From Acutalibacteraceae bacterium (lineage in GTDB: Bacteria; Bacillota; Clostridia; Oscillospirales; Acutalibacteraceae): 64,000 nt of DNA. Position numbers and translations under genes: made by a program. Each line of letters begins with the position of its first letter. Position 1 is the first letter of the stretch. The notes under the pieces were generated by a model. That model was not told the DNA's origin, did not search any database, and was given only the letters and a program-made list of their open reading frames with translations. The stretch lies in the NCBI GenBank assembly GCA_045587185.1, contig JAZNBS010000050.1, forward strand, positions 6,564 to 70,563. Direction: 5' to 3'. This document shows, piece after piece, positions 1 to 9,560 of the stretch.

Positions 1-1101
1 GTCGATTATTTCAAAAACACCTTGCTTGTGAGTGATAAAAAGACCAAACTTTGTCTTGAATGTTACCACTCTGAGCGTAAGATAGTTGCTAAATCCAACC
101 CTGATTCTTTTAGTCTCTATGTTTCGGTGCCGTTTTGTCCGAGCCGTTGCAATTATTGTTCTTTTGTTTCGCATTCGGTTGAGCAGGCTCAAAAACTTAT
201 ACCACAGTATGTTGAAATGCTTTGTCGAGAAATTAAACAAACTGCAGAAATCGCCAATGATATAGGTTTAAAGTTGCAGACAGTGTATATTGGCGGAGGT
301 ACTCCCACCACGCTTTCGGCTGAACAGTTGACCGGAGTGATGAGCACGATAAACTCTTCGTTTTATATGTCAAATGTTATGGAATATACCGTTGAAGCCG
401 GACGGCCCGATACCGTTACGCGTGATAAACTTCTTGCAATAAAGCAAGGCGGCGCAACGCGTATCAGTATAAATCCGCAGACTATGAATGATGATGTGCT
501 TAAAAACATCGGACGCAGGCATACCGTTGCCGAGATGATTGATGCTTTCAAAATGGCAAGAGAGGTTGGATTTCAAAATATCAATACTGACCTTATTGCC
601 GGTCTTTCAGGTGATACTTATGAGAGTTTCTGCCGTTCGGTTGATGAACTTATAAAACTTGACCCCGAAAATGTTACTGTACATACGCTTTCAATGAAAC
701 GTGCGTCAAACCTCACTAAGAGCAGAACGGTTTTTGAGGCAGAGCAGGGCAAACTGTCAGACGCTATGGTGGATTATGCTTACAACCGTTTGAGTGAGTC
801 CAAAATTTTTCCGTATTATATGTACCGACAGAGCAAGACTGCCGGAAATCTTGAAAACGTTGGATATGCAAAAAAAGGTTATGAGGGTCTTTACAATGTT
901 TATATTATGGATGAAACCCACACTATTCTTGCTTGCGGCGCTTCGGCCGTCACCAAATTACGTCAGCCTAACGGTCCTTATATTGAACGCATTTTTAACT
1001 ACAAATATCCGTATGAATATATTGAACGGTTTGATACTTTAGCGGAGCGTAAAAAGGGAATTACCGAATTTTACGCAAGATATAACGGCTTTAAGGTCTG
1101 A
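1..1101 (+). CDS. Radical-SAM coproporphyrinogen-III-oxidase-like protein (HemN/HemZ family); 5' end probably outside window
   Basis: The frame of ORF 22..1101 stays open back to base 1. CPSRCNYCSF is a CxxxCxxC radical-SAM motif, and YIGGGTPT is typical of HemN-like proteins. Confidence 0.8.
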   Translation, partial: VDYFKNTLLVSDKKTKLCLECYHSERKIVAKSNPDSFSLYVSVPFCPSRCNYCSFVSHSVEQAQKLIPQYVEMLCREIKQTAEIANDIGLKLQTVYIGGGTPTTLSAEQLTGVMSTINSSFYMSNVMEYTVEAGRPDTVTRDKLLAIKQGGATRISINPQTMNDDVLKNIGRRHTVAEMIDAFKMAREVGFQNINTDLIAGLSGDTYESFCRSVDELIKLDPENVTVHTLSMKRASNLTKSRTVFEAEQGKLSDAMVDYAYNRLSESKIFPYYMYRQSKTAGNLENVGYAKKGYEGLYNVYIMDETHTILACGASAVTKLRQPNGPYIERIFNYKYPYEYIERFDTLAERKKGITEFYARYNGFKV

Positions 1102-1176
1102 ACGGTTGCATATTTGAAAAGAATATGGTAAAATAACATAAAACTATTGATAATTATTCTTGAAAGGAAGATATAT

Positions 1177-1494
1177 ATGGAAATTTTTGAAAAAGCCAAG
1201 GCTATCTTTAACACTGCAAGTGAAAAAACTGAGGATTTTGTTTACACTCAGAAGTGCAATATAAAAATTGCCCGTGTATGTGCAGAACTGAAAAAGGAGT
1301 ATGAGCGCCTTGGTCGTCTGACCTACCGTAAAATTAAGGGTATGCAGGTTGACGAGGAGTTTGATATTACCGTTGAAAAAATTGAGGTTCTTAAAATGGA
1401 ACTTGCCGCACTGCGTGAGGGTAAAATGCAGGAACCTGAGTTTGACAGCATTGTTTTTGAAGACGGCGAACCCGTAGAACGCGAAGAAAACTAA
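1177..1494 (+). CDS. Hypothetical small acidic coiled-coil protein
   Basis: ORF with a GAAAGGAAG RBS before ATG 1177. No recognisable motif. Confidence 0.45.
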   Translation: MEIFEKAKAIFNTASEKTEDFVYTQKCNIKIARVCAELKKEYERLGRLTYRKIKGMQVDEEFDITVEKIEVLKMELAALREGKMQEPEFDSIVFEDGEPVEREEN

Positions 1495-1503
1495 GGTGTT
1501 GCA

Positions 1504-2202
1504 ATGGAAAACCAACTTTTTACTGTCGGTATTGTTATTGCCGACAAGGATGAGTATGTCCATATTGATAAGTATATAGGCGATAATGCAACAGCATTTG
1601 AAATTCATGGTGTTATCGGTCACGTCGCTGAAATTGATGCAAACGGTCATAAAATCAGGGTAAAGACTGTGTGCAGTGGAATCGGCAAGGTCAATGCGGC
1701 AGTTGCTGCAACCCTTTTGGCCGACGGATGTGATATGCTGATAAATGCGGGTCTTTCAGGTGGTTTCGGTGACGCTAAAAAATATGATATAGTTCTTGGA
1801 ACTGAATTTTTTGAGCACGATTTTGACCTTACTGCAATAGGGTACAAAGTATCTCAGAAACCCGGTGATGCTGAAACTGTTGTTGCGGCACGTGAACTGA
1901 ATGATGATATTTTGAAAAAATTCCCATTCATTAAAAAGGGTGCTTTTGTAACGGGTGACAGTTTTGTGAGTTCAAAAGAAAAGCACGATTTTCTTAAAAA
2001 CACATTTGACCCCATTGCGTGTGATATGGAATCGGCGGCAGTCGGCTATGTTGCTCAGAGGTTTGATATTCCTTTTGTTTCTATCCGTATGGTTTCGGAC
2101 GGCGCTGATGACGATTCTGCGGCAACATATACCGATACTTTGGGTTGCGATGTTGCCGACCGTTGGGTCAAACTGACTTTTGATTGGATTAAATCACTGT
2201 GA
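1504..2202 (+). CDS. mtnN: 5'-methylthioadenosine/S-adenosylhomocysteine nucleosidase
   Basis: PNP/UDP-1 fold signatures: SGIGKVNAA, CDMESAAV and IRMVSD. Confidence 0.85.
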   Translation: MENQLFTVGIVIADKDEYVHIDKYIGDNATAFEIHGVIGHVAEIDANGHKIRVKTVCSGIGKVNAAVAATLLADGCDMLINAGLSGGFGDAKKYDIVLGTEFFEHDFDLTAIGYKVSQKPGDAETVVAARELNDDILKKFPFIKKGAFVTGDSFVSSKEKHDFLKNTFDPIACDMESAAVGYVAQRFDIPFVSIRMVSDGADDDSAATYTDTLGCDVADRWVKLTFDWIKSL

Positions 2203-2210
2203 GGTAAGGT

Positions 2211-3944
2211 ATGGGAAAAACTCTTAATACCGATAAAAGGAAAGAACAAAGTTTTCTGCAAGGTTCGGCCATACTGGTTATTGCAACGGTGCTTGTAAAG
2301 GTTATCGGTGCAATATACCGCATTCCATTAGCACGAATCCTCGGCTCTGCGGGGATGGGTTTTTATTCCACTGCATATGACCTTTATGTGCCGATGTATT
2401 CTATCGCAATGGCAGGTCTTCCGATAGCCATTTCTCGTCTTGTTTCAGAACACGTGGCGGCAGGTCGGTATAAACACGTTAAAAAGACACTCAATGTTGC
2501 CAAGGCTGCATTTTTTGTAACAGGCGGTTTGGGCTTTGTGCTTATGATAGCGCTTGCTTTCTTGCTGACGGGCAATTATGCAGTATTTAACAAGGGTGCC
2601 TTGCCCGGTATCCTGTGTATCGCACCGTGTTTGTTGTTCTGCTGTGTAATGTCGGCCTACCGAGGATATTATGAGGGCCTCAGAAATATGACCCCCACTG
2701 CCGTAAGTCAGGTGCTTGAGGCTCTGGGCAAACTTGTGTTTGGCTTTGGCTTCTCTTATGTCGTTCTTGAGGTAACGGGTAATTATTCATATGCTGCAGC
2801 AGGCGCCTTGATGGGTATAACTCTTGGCACTGCGGCAAGTGCGCTTTATCTTGAGATAAAGTACCGACTGACGGGGAAGTATACCTTTTGTTCTGAACAG
2901 ATTGACAATGCACCGTCACCCAACTCAAATAAAGATACTTTAAAAATACTTGTTACCATTGCTATTCCCATTGTCCTTGGCTCTTTGGTCAATAATGTCA
3001 GCAGTCTTATTGACGTTGCTATGGTTCAGACGCAGTTGAAAAGCGCAATAGAAAAAGCACCTGAGTATTTTGCTTTGAATTACTCTGATTTTATTGCGGG
3101 GGAGACTGCGGCTGCGGTTAAGCACGGTCAGACTTTTAATTGGCAGACAGACCTGCCTAACGCACTTTACGGCGCTCACAGGGGATTTGCTTTTTCCATA
3201 TACAATCTTGTTCCGTCATTAACTTCTGTTCTTGGTGTCAGTGCGATTCCCATTCTTGCCGCTGCCTGGACCAAGCGTGATACCGACGATATTAAGTCCA
3301 ATGTTAATACAATGCTCAGAACTACCGCCGTTGTGGCAGTTCCCGCAGGTTGCGGAATAGTGGCTTTGTCGGGTAATATTCTTAATCTTTTGTATGATGA
3401 TCCCCATATTATTGAAGTTGCAACACCTAATCTGATGGTTTTGGGTGTGTGTGCAATTTTTGCTGGACTTAACGGTCCTTTGACCAATATGCTTCAGGCT
3501 ATAGGTAGACAGGGTGTACCGTTGCGCAATATTGCCGTCGGTGCCGTTTTGAAAATTATAATCAACTTTGTTCTTGTCGGAACACCTGAAATAAACATTT
3601 TCGGCGTGCCGATCGGAACAACGGTTTGTTACACTTATATCTGTGTTTCTAACTTTATTTGTTTTGTCAAGTATTCGGGTGTTATGCCCAATATTTTGCT
3701 TTCAATAGGTAAACCGTTGATATGCGGCGTTGCCTGTGGCGGTTCGGCTTTTGGCGTGAGCCTTTTGTTAGAGAAGTTAGGTGTTAACGGCTCGGTTTCA
3801 ACATTGGTTGCTATAGTTGTTGCGGCGATTGTTTATGTTGTTATGCTATTTTTGATACGTGCAATAACTAAAGATGATATAATTTCTTTGCCAAAAGGCA
3901 AAAAAATCGTAAAAGTACTTGAAAAATTGAAAATAATGAGGTAG
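2211..3944 (+). CDS. MOP-superfamily polysaccharide/lipid-II flippase (YabM/SpoVB/MurJ-like)
   Basis: 577-aa polytopic membrane protein with an N-terminus typical of the polysaccharide biosynthesis protein family. It occupies the yabM position ahead of mazG. Confidence 0.8.
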   Translation: MGKTLNTDKRKEQSFLQGSAILVIATVLVKVIGAIYRIPLARILGSAGMGFYSTAYDLYVPMYSIAMAGLPIAISRLVSEHVAAGRYKHVKKTLNVAKAAFFVTGGLGFVLMIALAFLLTGNYAVFNKGALPGILCIAPCLLFCCVMSAYRGYYEGLRNMTPTAVSQVLEALGKLVFGFGFSYVVLEVTGNYSYAAAGALMGITLGTAASALYLEIKYRLTGKYTFCSEQIDNAPSPNSNKDTLKILVTIAIPIVLGSLVNNVSSLIDVAMVQTQLKSAIEKAPEYFALNYSDFIAGETAAAVKHGQTFNWQTDLPNALYGAHRGFAFSIYNLVPSLTSVLGVSAIPILAAAWTKRDTDDIKSNVNTMLRTTAVVAVPAGCGIVALSGNILNLLYDDPHIIEVATPNLMVLGVCAIFAGLNGPLTNMLQAIGRQGVPLRNIAVGAVLKIIINFVLVGTPEINIFGVPIGTTVCYTYICVSNFICFVKYSGVMPNILLSIGKPLICGVACGGSAFGVSLLLEKLGVNGSVSTLVAIVVAAIVYVVMLFLIRAITKDDIISLPKGKKIVKVLEKLKIMR

Positions 3945-4027
3945 AATGTATATAGGTTTATTGAATGGTTGAGAAAATTTGGTAAACTTGCACAACATTC
4001 TACACGTTGGGTTGTAGAGGGTTACAA

Positions 4028-4831
4028 ATGGTAACAAAAGATTCATTTAAAAAAGATAAATATTCGCTTGAGGATTTGCGAGATATTGTGAGAATTCTGC
4101 GTGAACCCGATGGATGTCCTTGGGATGCTGAGCAATCTCATAAATCCATACGCAGAGATCTTTTGGAAGAGGCATATGAGGTTGCCGACGCTATTGACAC
4201 CGATGATAATGTGGCTTTGTGTGAGGAATTGGGTGACCTTCTTTTGCAGGTGGTTTTCCACTCACAAATTGCAACGGAGGAAAAGAGTTTTACACTTGAT
4301 GAAGTGGCAGACGGTATCTGTAAAAAACTGATACTCCGTCACCCTCACGTTTTTGGTGATGTGATAGCCGAAACTTCTGAGCAAGTCCTCAATAACTGGG
4401 ACGCCATTAAACGTGATGAAAAATCTCAAAAAACCTTTACCGATACTTTGAAAAGTGTCCCGCGGGCATTTCCTGCTTTGATGCGTGCCGCAAAGGTTCA
4501 GAAAAGGGCCGCAAAGGCAGGCTTTGATTGGTATAATGCTGAGGATGCTTTCAAAAAACTCCCCGAGGAGACTGAGGAATTCAGCGATGCTGTTAAACTG
4601 GGTGACCGAGAGAAGATGGAAGAGGAGTTTGGCGATTTGCTTTTTGCGGCTGTTAATGTTTCAAGATTTTATAATATTGATGCCGAGTCGGCACTAGCCT
4701 TGGCTACAGATAAATTTATGAAACGCTTTGAATCGGTTGAGCAAGAGGTTTTAAAAAGAGGTCATCAGATGACAGAACTTTCTTTGACAGAACTTGATTC
4801 TATTTGGGATGAGGTTAAGCACAGAAAGTAA
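4028..4831 (+). CDS. mazG: Nucleoside triphosphate pyrophosphohydrolase MazG
   Basis: Two MazG EExxE-type motifs (LLEEAYEVADAI and MEEEFGDLLFA). RHPHVFG motif. Confidence 0.85.
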   Translation: MVTKDSFKKDKYSLEDLRDIVRILREPDGCPWDAEQSHKSIRRDLLEEAYEVADAIDTDDNVALCEELGDLLLQVVFHSQIATEEKSFTLDEVADGICKKLILRHPHVFGDVIAETSEQVLNNWDAIKRDEKSQKTFTDTLKSVPRAFPALMRAAKVQKRAAKAGFDWYNAEDAFKKLPEETEEFSDAVKLGDREKMEEEFGDLLFAAVNVSRFYNIDAESALALATDKFMKRFESVEQEVLKRGHQMTELSLTELDSIWDEVKHRK

Positions 4832-4894
4832 ATTTGTTTCAAAGTCAGGATTTAACAACCTGTTTGAATAATAATTTTTAGGAGGATGTTCAAT

Positions 4895-5167
4895 ATGAAC
4901 AAAACAGAATTAGTAGCAGCTATTGCCGAGAAGGCACAAATCAGCAAAAAGGATGCCGATAAGGCAGTTGCAGCCCTCATCGAGACTGTTACCGAGACTC
5001 TTAAGTCCGGTGATAAGATTCAGCTTGTCGGTTTTGGTACTTTTGAGGTTCGTGAGCGCCCTGAGAGAACCGGTCGCAACCCCCAGACCAAGGAAACCAT
5101 CACCATTCCTGCTTCTAAGGTTCCTGCATTCAAGGCAGGCGCAGCTCTTAAGAACGCTGTTAAGTAA
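4895..5167 (+). CDS. hup: DNA-binding protein HU
   Basis: MNKTELV..., [20 protein letters not shown] and the HU beta-arm signature. AGGAGG RBS. Confidence 0.95.
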   Translation: MNKTELVAAIAEKAQISKKDADKAVAALIETVTETLKSGDKIQLVGFGTFEVRERPERTGRNPQTKETITIPASKVPAFKAGAALKNAVK

Positions 5168-5187
5168 TTTTTCACTAAGAAGTTTAA

Positions 5188-5216
5188 GCCGCTCGAGAAT
5201 CTTGAGCGGCTTTTCT
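5188..5216 (+). terminator. Rho-independent terminator after hup
   Basis: gccgctcgag-aat-cttgagcggc stem followed by a T-run. Confidence 0.7.
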
Positions 5217-5245
5217 TATGAGTTTAATCTGAGTTTGGAGTTATT

Positions 5246-5488
5246 ATGAGACTAGATAAATATTTAAAGGTTTCGCGTATTATCAAACGCAGGACTGTTG
5301 CCAACGAAGCGTGTGACGCAGGCCGAGTATCCATTAACGGAAAGGTTGCCCGTGCATCCTATGATGTTAAGGTGGGCGATATTATGGAGATTGCCTTTGG
5401 TGAGCGCACCGTTAAGGCCGAAATACTTGATGTGAGCGAGGTTGTCCGAAAGGAAAACGCCGCTATGATGTACCGTATAATTGAGTAA
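5246..5488 (+). CDS. S4-domain RNA-binding protein (YabO/Hsp15-like)
   Basis: MRLDKYLKVSRIIKRRT is an S4 motif. Conserved position before yabP. Confidence 0.8.
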   Translation: MRLDKYLKVSRIIKRRTVANEACDAGRVSINGKVARASYDVKVGDIMEIAFGERTVKAEILDVSEVVRKENAAMMYRIIE

Positions 5489-5557
5489 TCATTGAGAGTT
5501 TTTGCACATATAATTCTCTTGATAGGGTAAAGTTATTTAATTTTGTTACCTTAAACT

Positions 5558-5842
5558 GTGGGGATGATATGTGTGAATCAAAATATTAATAATGCTGAAC
5601 AGTCTATTGTACTTTTCAACCGCTCAAAACTTGATGTTTCAGGAGTAAGTGATGTTATTGGCTTTGATAACGAGACCGTGGTCGCAGAGACCTTGTTGGG
5701 AAGACTTACTGTAAAGGGTCAGGACCTTAAGGTGATGGGTTTTACTGTTGAAACGGGTGATTTGAAGGTTGAGGGCAATATTGCCGCCATAGTTTTTACT
5801 GAACCGACGAAAAAGAGTGTATTTTCGAGGCTCTTCGGCTAA
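5558..5842 (+). CDS. yabP: Sporulation protein YabP
   Basis: About 90 aa, resembling the YabP family (L..R..L.V.GV..V..FD). Synteny with yabO and yabQ. Confidence 0.7.
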   Translation: MGMICVNQNINNAEQSIVLFNRSKLDVSGVSDVIGFDNETVVAETLLGRLTVKGQDLKVMGFTVETGDLKVEGNIAAIVFTEPTKKSVFSRLFG

Positions 5843-6306
5843 TGGGGTATATTGACGTATCGTATCAGGCCGTTACTTTTGCGTTATCATTGCTGTTGGG
5901 CGCGGTTTTGTGTATGCTTTATGATGTTGTCAGAGCGTTGCACAAAACATATATACAAGGCTTTTTTGAGGTGCTTGTGTGTGACCTTTTGTATTTTGGT
6001 GTGTCAGCAGTAATAACATTTTGTTTCCTTGTGATAAGATGTCAGGGAAGTGTACGTTTCTTTGTACTTGTCGGTCAACTTATTGGATTTATGGCAGTGC
6101 GACTTACTCTATCACGGTGGTTTTTAGTAGTAGCGGTACGTATTTTGAAAATTTTTTCATATATTTTTGGTTTTTTCGGTTCTATTACGGTCAGTATTAT
6201 GCGAAAGTTGAAAAAATTTTTAGAAAAAATGCTTTTTTGTGCAAAAAAAGTCTTGCAACCTAAATGCAAGCTGTTGTATAATGACCACAATACATTAAAA
6301 CAATAG
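5842..6306 (+). CDS. yabQ: Spore cortex biosynthesis membrane protein YabQ
   Basis: Multi-TM protein that overlaps the yabP stop codon. Called on synteny. Confidence 0.6.
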   Translation: MGYIDVSYQAVTFALSLLLGAVLCMLYDVVRALHKTYIQGFFEVLVCDLLYFGVSAVITFCFLVIRCQGSVRFFVLVGQLIGFMAVRLTLSRWFLVVAVRILKIFSYIFGFFGSITVSIMRKLKKFLEKMLFCAKKVLQPKCKLLYNDHNTLKQ

Positions 6307-6361
6307 AATTAATTTTAAAAATAAAGTGCGGATAATTTTTAAGTAAAAAACAAAAGGAGAT

Positions 6362-6658
6362 ATGAAAGTGGCAACAGAGACCAAAAGACAAGGCAGTATA
6401 ATCCTTCGTGTTGTACTCTTACTTTTTGCCGTCTGGATGATCTACTATCTTGGTTCTCTTATTAAGGACTATACTTCCGTGCAAAAACAGTATGATGCTG
6501 TTTCGGCTAAACGCGACGAACTGAAACTTGAGGTTGAACAAAAGGCAAATATGCTTGAAAACGGTAACGATGCCGATTTTATTGAGCGGGCAGCCCGTGA
6601 ACGTTTGGGTTATGTTTATGCCGACGAACACGTGTATATCGATATTTCCGGTGACTGA
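6362..6658 (+). CDS. divIC: Septum formation initiator (DivIC/FtsB family)
   Basis: Single TM followed by a coiled coil, with a C-terminal ERAARERLGYV motif. Confidence 0.75.
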   Translation: MKVATETKRQGSIILRVVLLLFAVWMIYYLGSLIKDYTSVQKQYDAVSAKRDELKLEVEQKANMLENGNDADFIERAARERLGYVYADEHVYIDISGD

Positions 6659-6713
6659 CGGAAATTCTTTATAAAATAATTATATCTGGTTCTTTGGAGG
6701 ATTGGGCTTTTTT

Positions 6714-7193
6714 ATGCAGATCGAGGTAGGACAAATCGTAGAGGGAAAGGTTACCGGTATCACCAATTTCGGCGTTTTTGTTGATTTGGGTGAGGGAAAA
6801 TCGGGTCTTGTCCACATTTCGGAAATCGCACAGACTTATGTAAGTGATGTCCGTGAATTTGTTAAGGAAAATGACACAGTTAAAATGAAGGTATTGAGCA
6901 TTTCCGATGACGGAAAAATCAGCCTTTCAATAAAGAAGGCGCAATCGCAGGCTGATGCACCTCAGCGTCCTAAAAACTTTGGTCCTAAAAATAACGGTCC
7001 GAGAGCACCCCGTCCACCGAGACAGGAGCCGGACTATACCTCTCCTGCCGCCGTATGGACTCCCAAGAAGAGCGAGTCGGCTTCTTTTGAGGATATGATG
7101 GCAAAATTCAAGCAGACGAGTGATGAAAAATTTTCGGATCTTAAACGTAAAAACCCTGATACTCGCCGTCCAAAACGTGCTGCTATCAAATAA
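6714..7193 (+). CDS. S1-domain RNA-binding protein (YabR-like)
   Basis: S1 motif VGQIVEGKVTGITNFGVFVDLGEGKSGLVHISE, then a basic low-complexity tail. Confidence 0.85.
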   Translation: MQIEVGQIVEGKVTGITNFGVFVDLGEGKSGLVHISEIAQTYVSDVREFVKENDTVKMKVLSISDDGKISLSIKKAQSQADAPQRPKNFGPKNNGPRAPRPPRQEPDYTSPAAVWTPKKSESASFEDMMAKFKQTSDEKFSDLKRKNPDTRRPKRAAIK

Positions 7194-7313
7194 TAATCTG
7201 TAGTACGTGACAATATACTATTGTTTTTGAGCATAATAAATCATTAAAACTGCAGACCGACCGCCTTTTTTACATAATACAGGTGTTAGGTCTGCTTTTT
7301 GTTTGGAGTAAAG

Positions 7314-8162
7314 ATGATAAACGAAATTGACGTAAAATATATTGAGGACTCGGTTGCGAGACTTTGTGTTGAGGCCAATAAAATACTGCCTGAAAGTGTA
7401 TGCAACAGTATCTGCAGTGCTCATAGCACCGAAACCAACGGACTTGGCAAGGAAATAATGTGCGATCTGATGAGAAACATTGAGGCCGCAAAGGAACTGG
7501 ATATACCTATCTGTCAGGACACGGGTATGGCTGTTGTGTTTCTTGAAATCGGTCAGGATGTGCATTTTGTGGGAGGTTTATTGCGTGATGCGGTTGACCG
7601 CGGTGTGGCAAGAGGGTATACCGAGGGTCTTTTAAGAAAATCCGTTGTTATTGACCCGCTCAACCGTTTAAATACCAACGATAATACCCCCGCGATACTT
7701 CATATAGATATGGTTGAAGGTGACAGCGTTAAGGTGACGGTTGCACCAAAAGGATTTGGCAGTGAGAATATGAGTAAGGTCGCAATGCTTACACCGTCCG
7801 AGGGCAGAGAGGGCGTTGTTAACGCTGTTTTGAATATCGTAAAACAGGCAGGCAGTAACCCTTGTCCGCCGATGGTTGTCGGTGTCGGTATCGGCGGTGA
7901 TTTTGAGCAGGTGGCTCTGCTCTCAAAAAAAGCACTTTGCCGTGAACTTGGGACATACAATGCCAATCCTTTTTATGCTGAACTTGAAAATGAACTGCTT
8001 GACAAGATAAATAAACTCAATATCGGTCCACAGGGTTTTGGCGGTGATACCACCGCTTTAGGTGTGAATGTTGAGTATGCTCCCACACATATTGCGGGTC
8101 TTCCTGTGGCTGTTAATATTGGTTGCAATGTCACCCGCCACAAATCTGAAATAATAAAATAA
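7314..8162 (+). CDS. Class I Fe-S hydro-lyase alpha subunit (fumarate hydratase / L-tartrate dehydratase alpha)
   Basis: PICQDTGMAVVFLEIG and GPQGFGG motifs of the FumA N-terminal domain. Confidence 0.8.
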   Translation: MINEIDVKYIEDSVARLCVEANKILPESVCNSICSAHSTETNGLGKEIMCDLMRNIEAAKELDIPICQDTGMAVVFLEIGQDVHFVGGLLRDAVDRGVARGYTEGLLRKSVVIDPLNRLNTNDNTPAILHIDMVEGDSVKVTVAPKGFGSENMSKVAMLTPSEGREGVVNAVLNIVKQAGSNPCPPMVVGVGIGGDFEQVALLSKKALCRELGTYNANPFYAELENELLDKINKLNIGPQGFGGDTTALGVNVEYAPTHIAGLPVAVNIGCNVTRHKSEIIK

Positions 8163-8172
8163 CGGTGAGAAA

Positions 8173-9291
8173 ATGACAAAGTATAATATGATTGCTCCGT
8201 GTATTTTCGGAGTTGAGGGAATATTGGCCGACGAATTACGCCGTTTGGGCGCCGACGATGTCAACGCTGAAAATGGCCGTGTGCTTTTTTCAGGCGATGC
8301 TTCAATGATAGCCGCCGCCAATATCAATTCGCGTTTTGCAGAGCGTATAATGCTAAATCTGGGCACTTTTAAGGCAATGACGTTTACCGATCTTTTTGAC
8401 GGTGTTAAGGCATTGCCGCTTGAAAAATATATTTCGGTTAAGGATGCGTTTCCGGTAAAAGGATGGAGTATCAATTCTCAACTTCACAGTATTCCGGACT
8501 GCCAATCTATAGTCAAAAAGGCTTGTGTTGAACGTTTAAAATCGGTTTATAAGACTAATTGGTTTGAGGAAACAGGTCCCGTTCATCAGTTGCAGTTTTC
8601 AATTATGAAAGATCAGGTAACATTAATGATGGATACTTCGGGTCACGGTCTGCACAAGAGGGGATACCGTGCCAATTCCAATGCCGCACCGATTAAGGAA
8701 ACCCTTGCCGCGGCAATGTGCGATTTGGCAAGAATTTATCCTGATACCAAGATTTTTGACCCGTTCTGCGGAAGTGGAACAATACTTGTTGAGGCCGCAT
8801 TGCTGGCTAAAAAGCAAGCACCCGGTCTTCGCCAACACTTTGCCGCCGAGCGTTTTTCGTTTATTGAAGAAAAGGTTTGGCGTGAGCAACGTGCCGCGGC
8901 AATGGACAGAATTCTGCCTAATATTGAGTTTGAAGCAGTGGGTTATGATATTGACCCCGAGTGTGTGAAACTGACACTTGAAAATGCTAAGAAAGCAGGC
9001 GTTGAAAAATATGTACGTGCTGAGGTACGTGATGTGCGCGATTTTAAACTGCCGGAGGGCAGAACGCTTGTAATAACTAATCCGCCGTACGGTGAGCGTT
9101 TGCTTGATATCCGCGCTGCAGAAGAACTTTATAAGGTTATGGGTAATGTTTTTCCAAAAGAACAGGGTAGAAAGTATTATGTTATAAGTCCCCATGATGA
9201 GTTTGAAAAGTATTTCGGTCGCACGCCGGATAAAAAGCGCAAACTTTACAACGGTATGATAAAATGTGATCTTAATATGTATTTCAAATAG
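8173..9291 (+). CDS. THUMP-domain class I SAM-dependent RNA methyltransferase (YpsC/RlmL-like)
   Basis: N-terminal THUMP-like region, DPFCGSGT SAM motif and ITNPPYGERL catalytic motif. Confidence 0.8.
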   Translation: MTKYNMIAPCIFGVEGILADELRRLGADDVNAENGRVLFSGDASMIAAANINSRFAERIMLNLGTFKAMTFTDLFDGVKALPLEKYISVKDAFPVKGWSINSQLHSIPDCQSIVKKACVERLKSVYKTNWFEETGPVHQLQFSIMKDQVTLMMDTSGHGLHKRGYRANSNAAPIKETLAAAMCDLARIYPDTKIFDPFCGSGTILVEAALLAKKQAPGLRQHFAAERFSFIEEKVWREQRAAAMDRILPNIEFEAVGYDIDPECVKLTLENAKKAGVEKYVRAEVRDVRDFKLPEGRTLVITNPPYGERLLDIRAAEELYKVMGNVFPKEQGRKYYVISPHDEFEKYFGRTPDKKRKLYNGMIKCDLNMYFK

Positions 9292-9323
9292 GCGTTATAA
9301 TTTAAATATGATGTATATATAAA

Positions 9324-9356
9324 ATAGCCTACCTGAATTTTCAGGTAGGCTATTTA
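9324..9356 (+). terminator. Rho-independent terminator
   Basis: atagcctacctga-attt-tcaggtaggctat stem followed by T residues. Confidence 0.75.
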
Positions 9357-9560
9357 TAATTAACTGTTGTTCACTTCTGACTTTTTGACGTGTTCTTTAG
9401 CACAACGATGTCAATAAACACAGTATTTGATTCTAAAATAATTCTCATAACATCAATGCGAAAAAATATGCGATTGTATTAAAATAATAGTGGAAATTCT
9501 GAATATTTATGTTATAATATTTATATTATTGACGAACTTTTAAATATTTGGAGGTAAAAA

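Noticed and set aside
1144-1650. Long antisense or overlapping ORFs in the six-frame track. Examples: 1144-1650(-), 8623-9195(-), 11690-12133(-), 15308-15820(-), 19574-20056(-), 22804-23283(-), 36044-36583(+), 41136-41804(-), 42837-43247(-) and 59735-60106(+).
   Set aside because: Each lies opposite to, or out of frame within, a gene that has clear family motifs. They have odd composition and no RBS, so I treat them as shadow ORFs.
7252-7294. Possible terminator hairpin gcagacc...ggtctgc after the S1-domain gene.
   Set aside because: The loop is about 29 nt, too long for a confident intrinsic terminator call.
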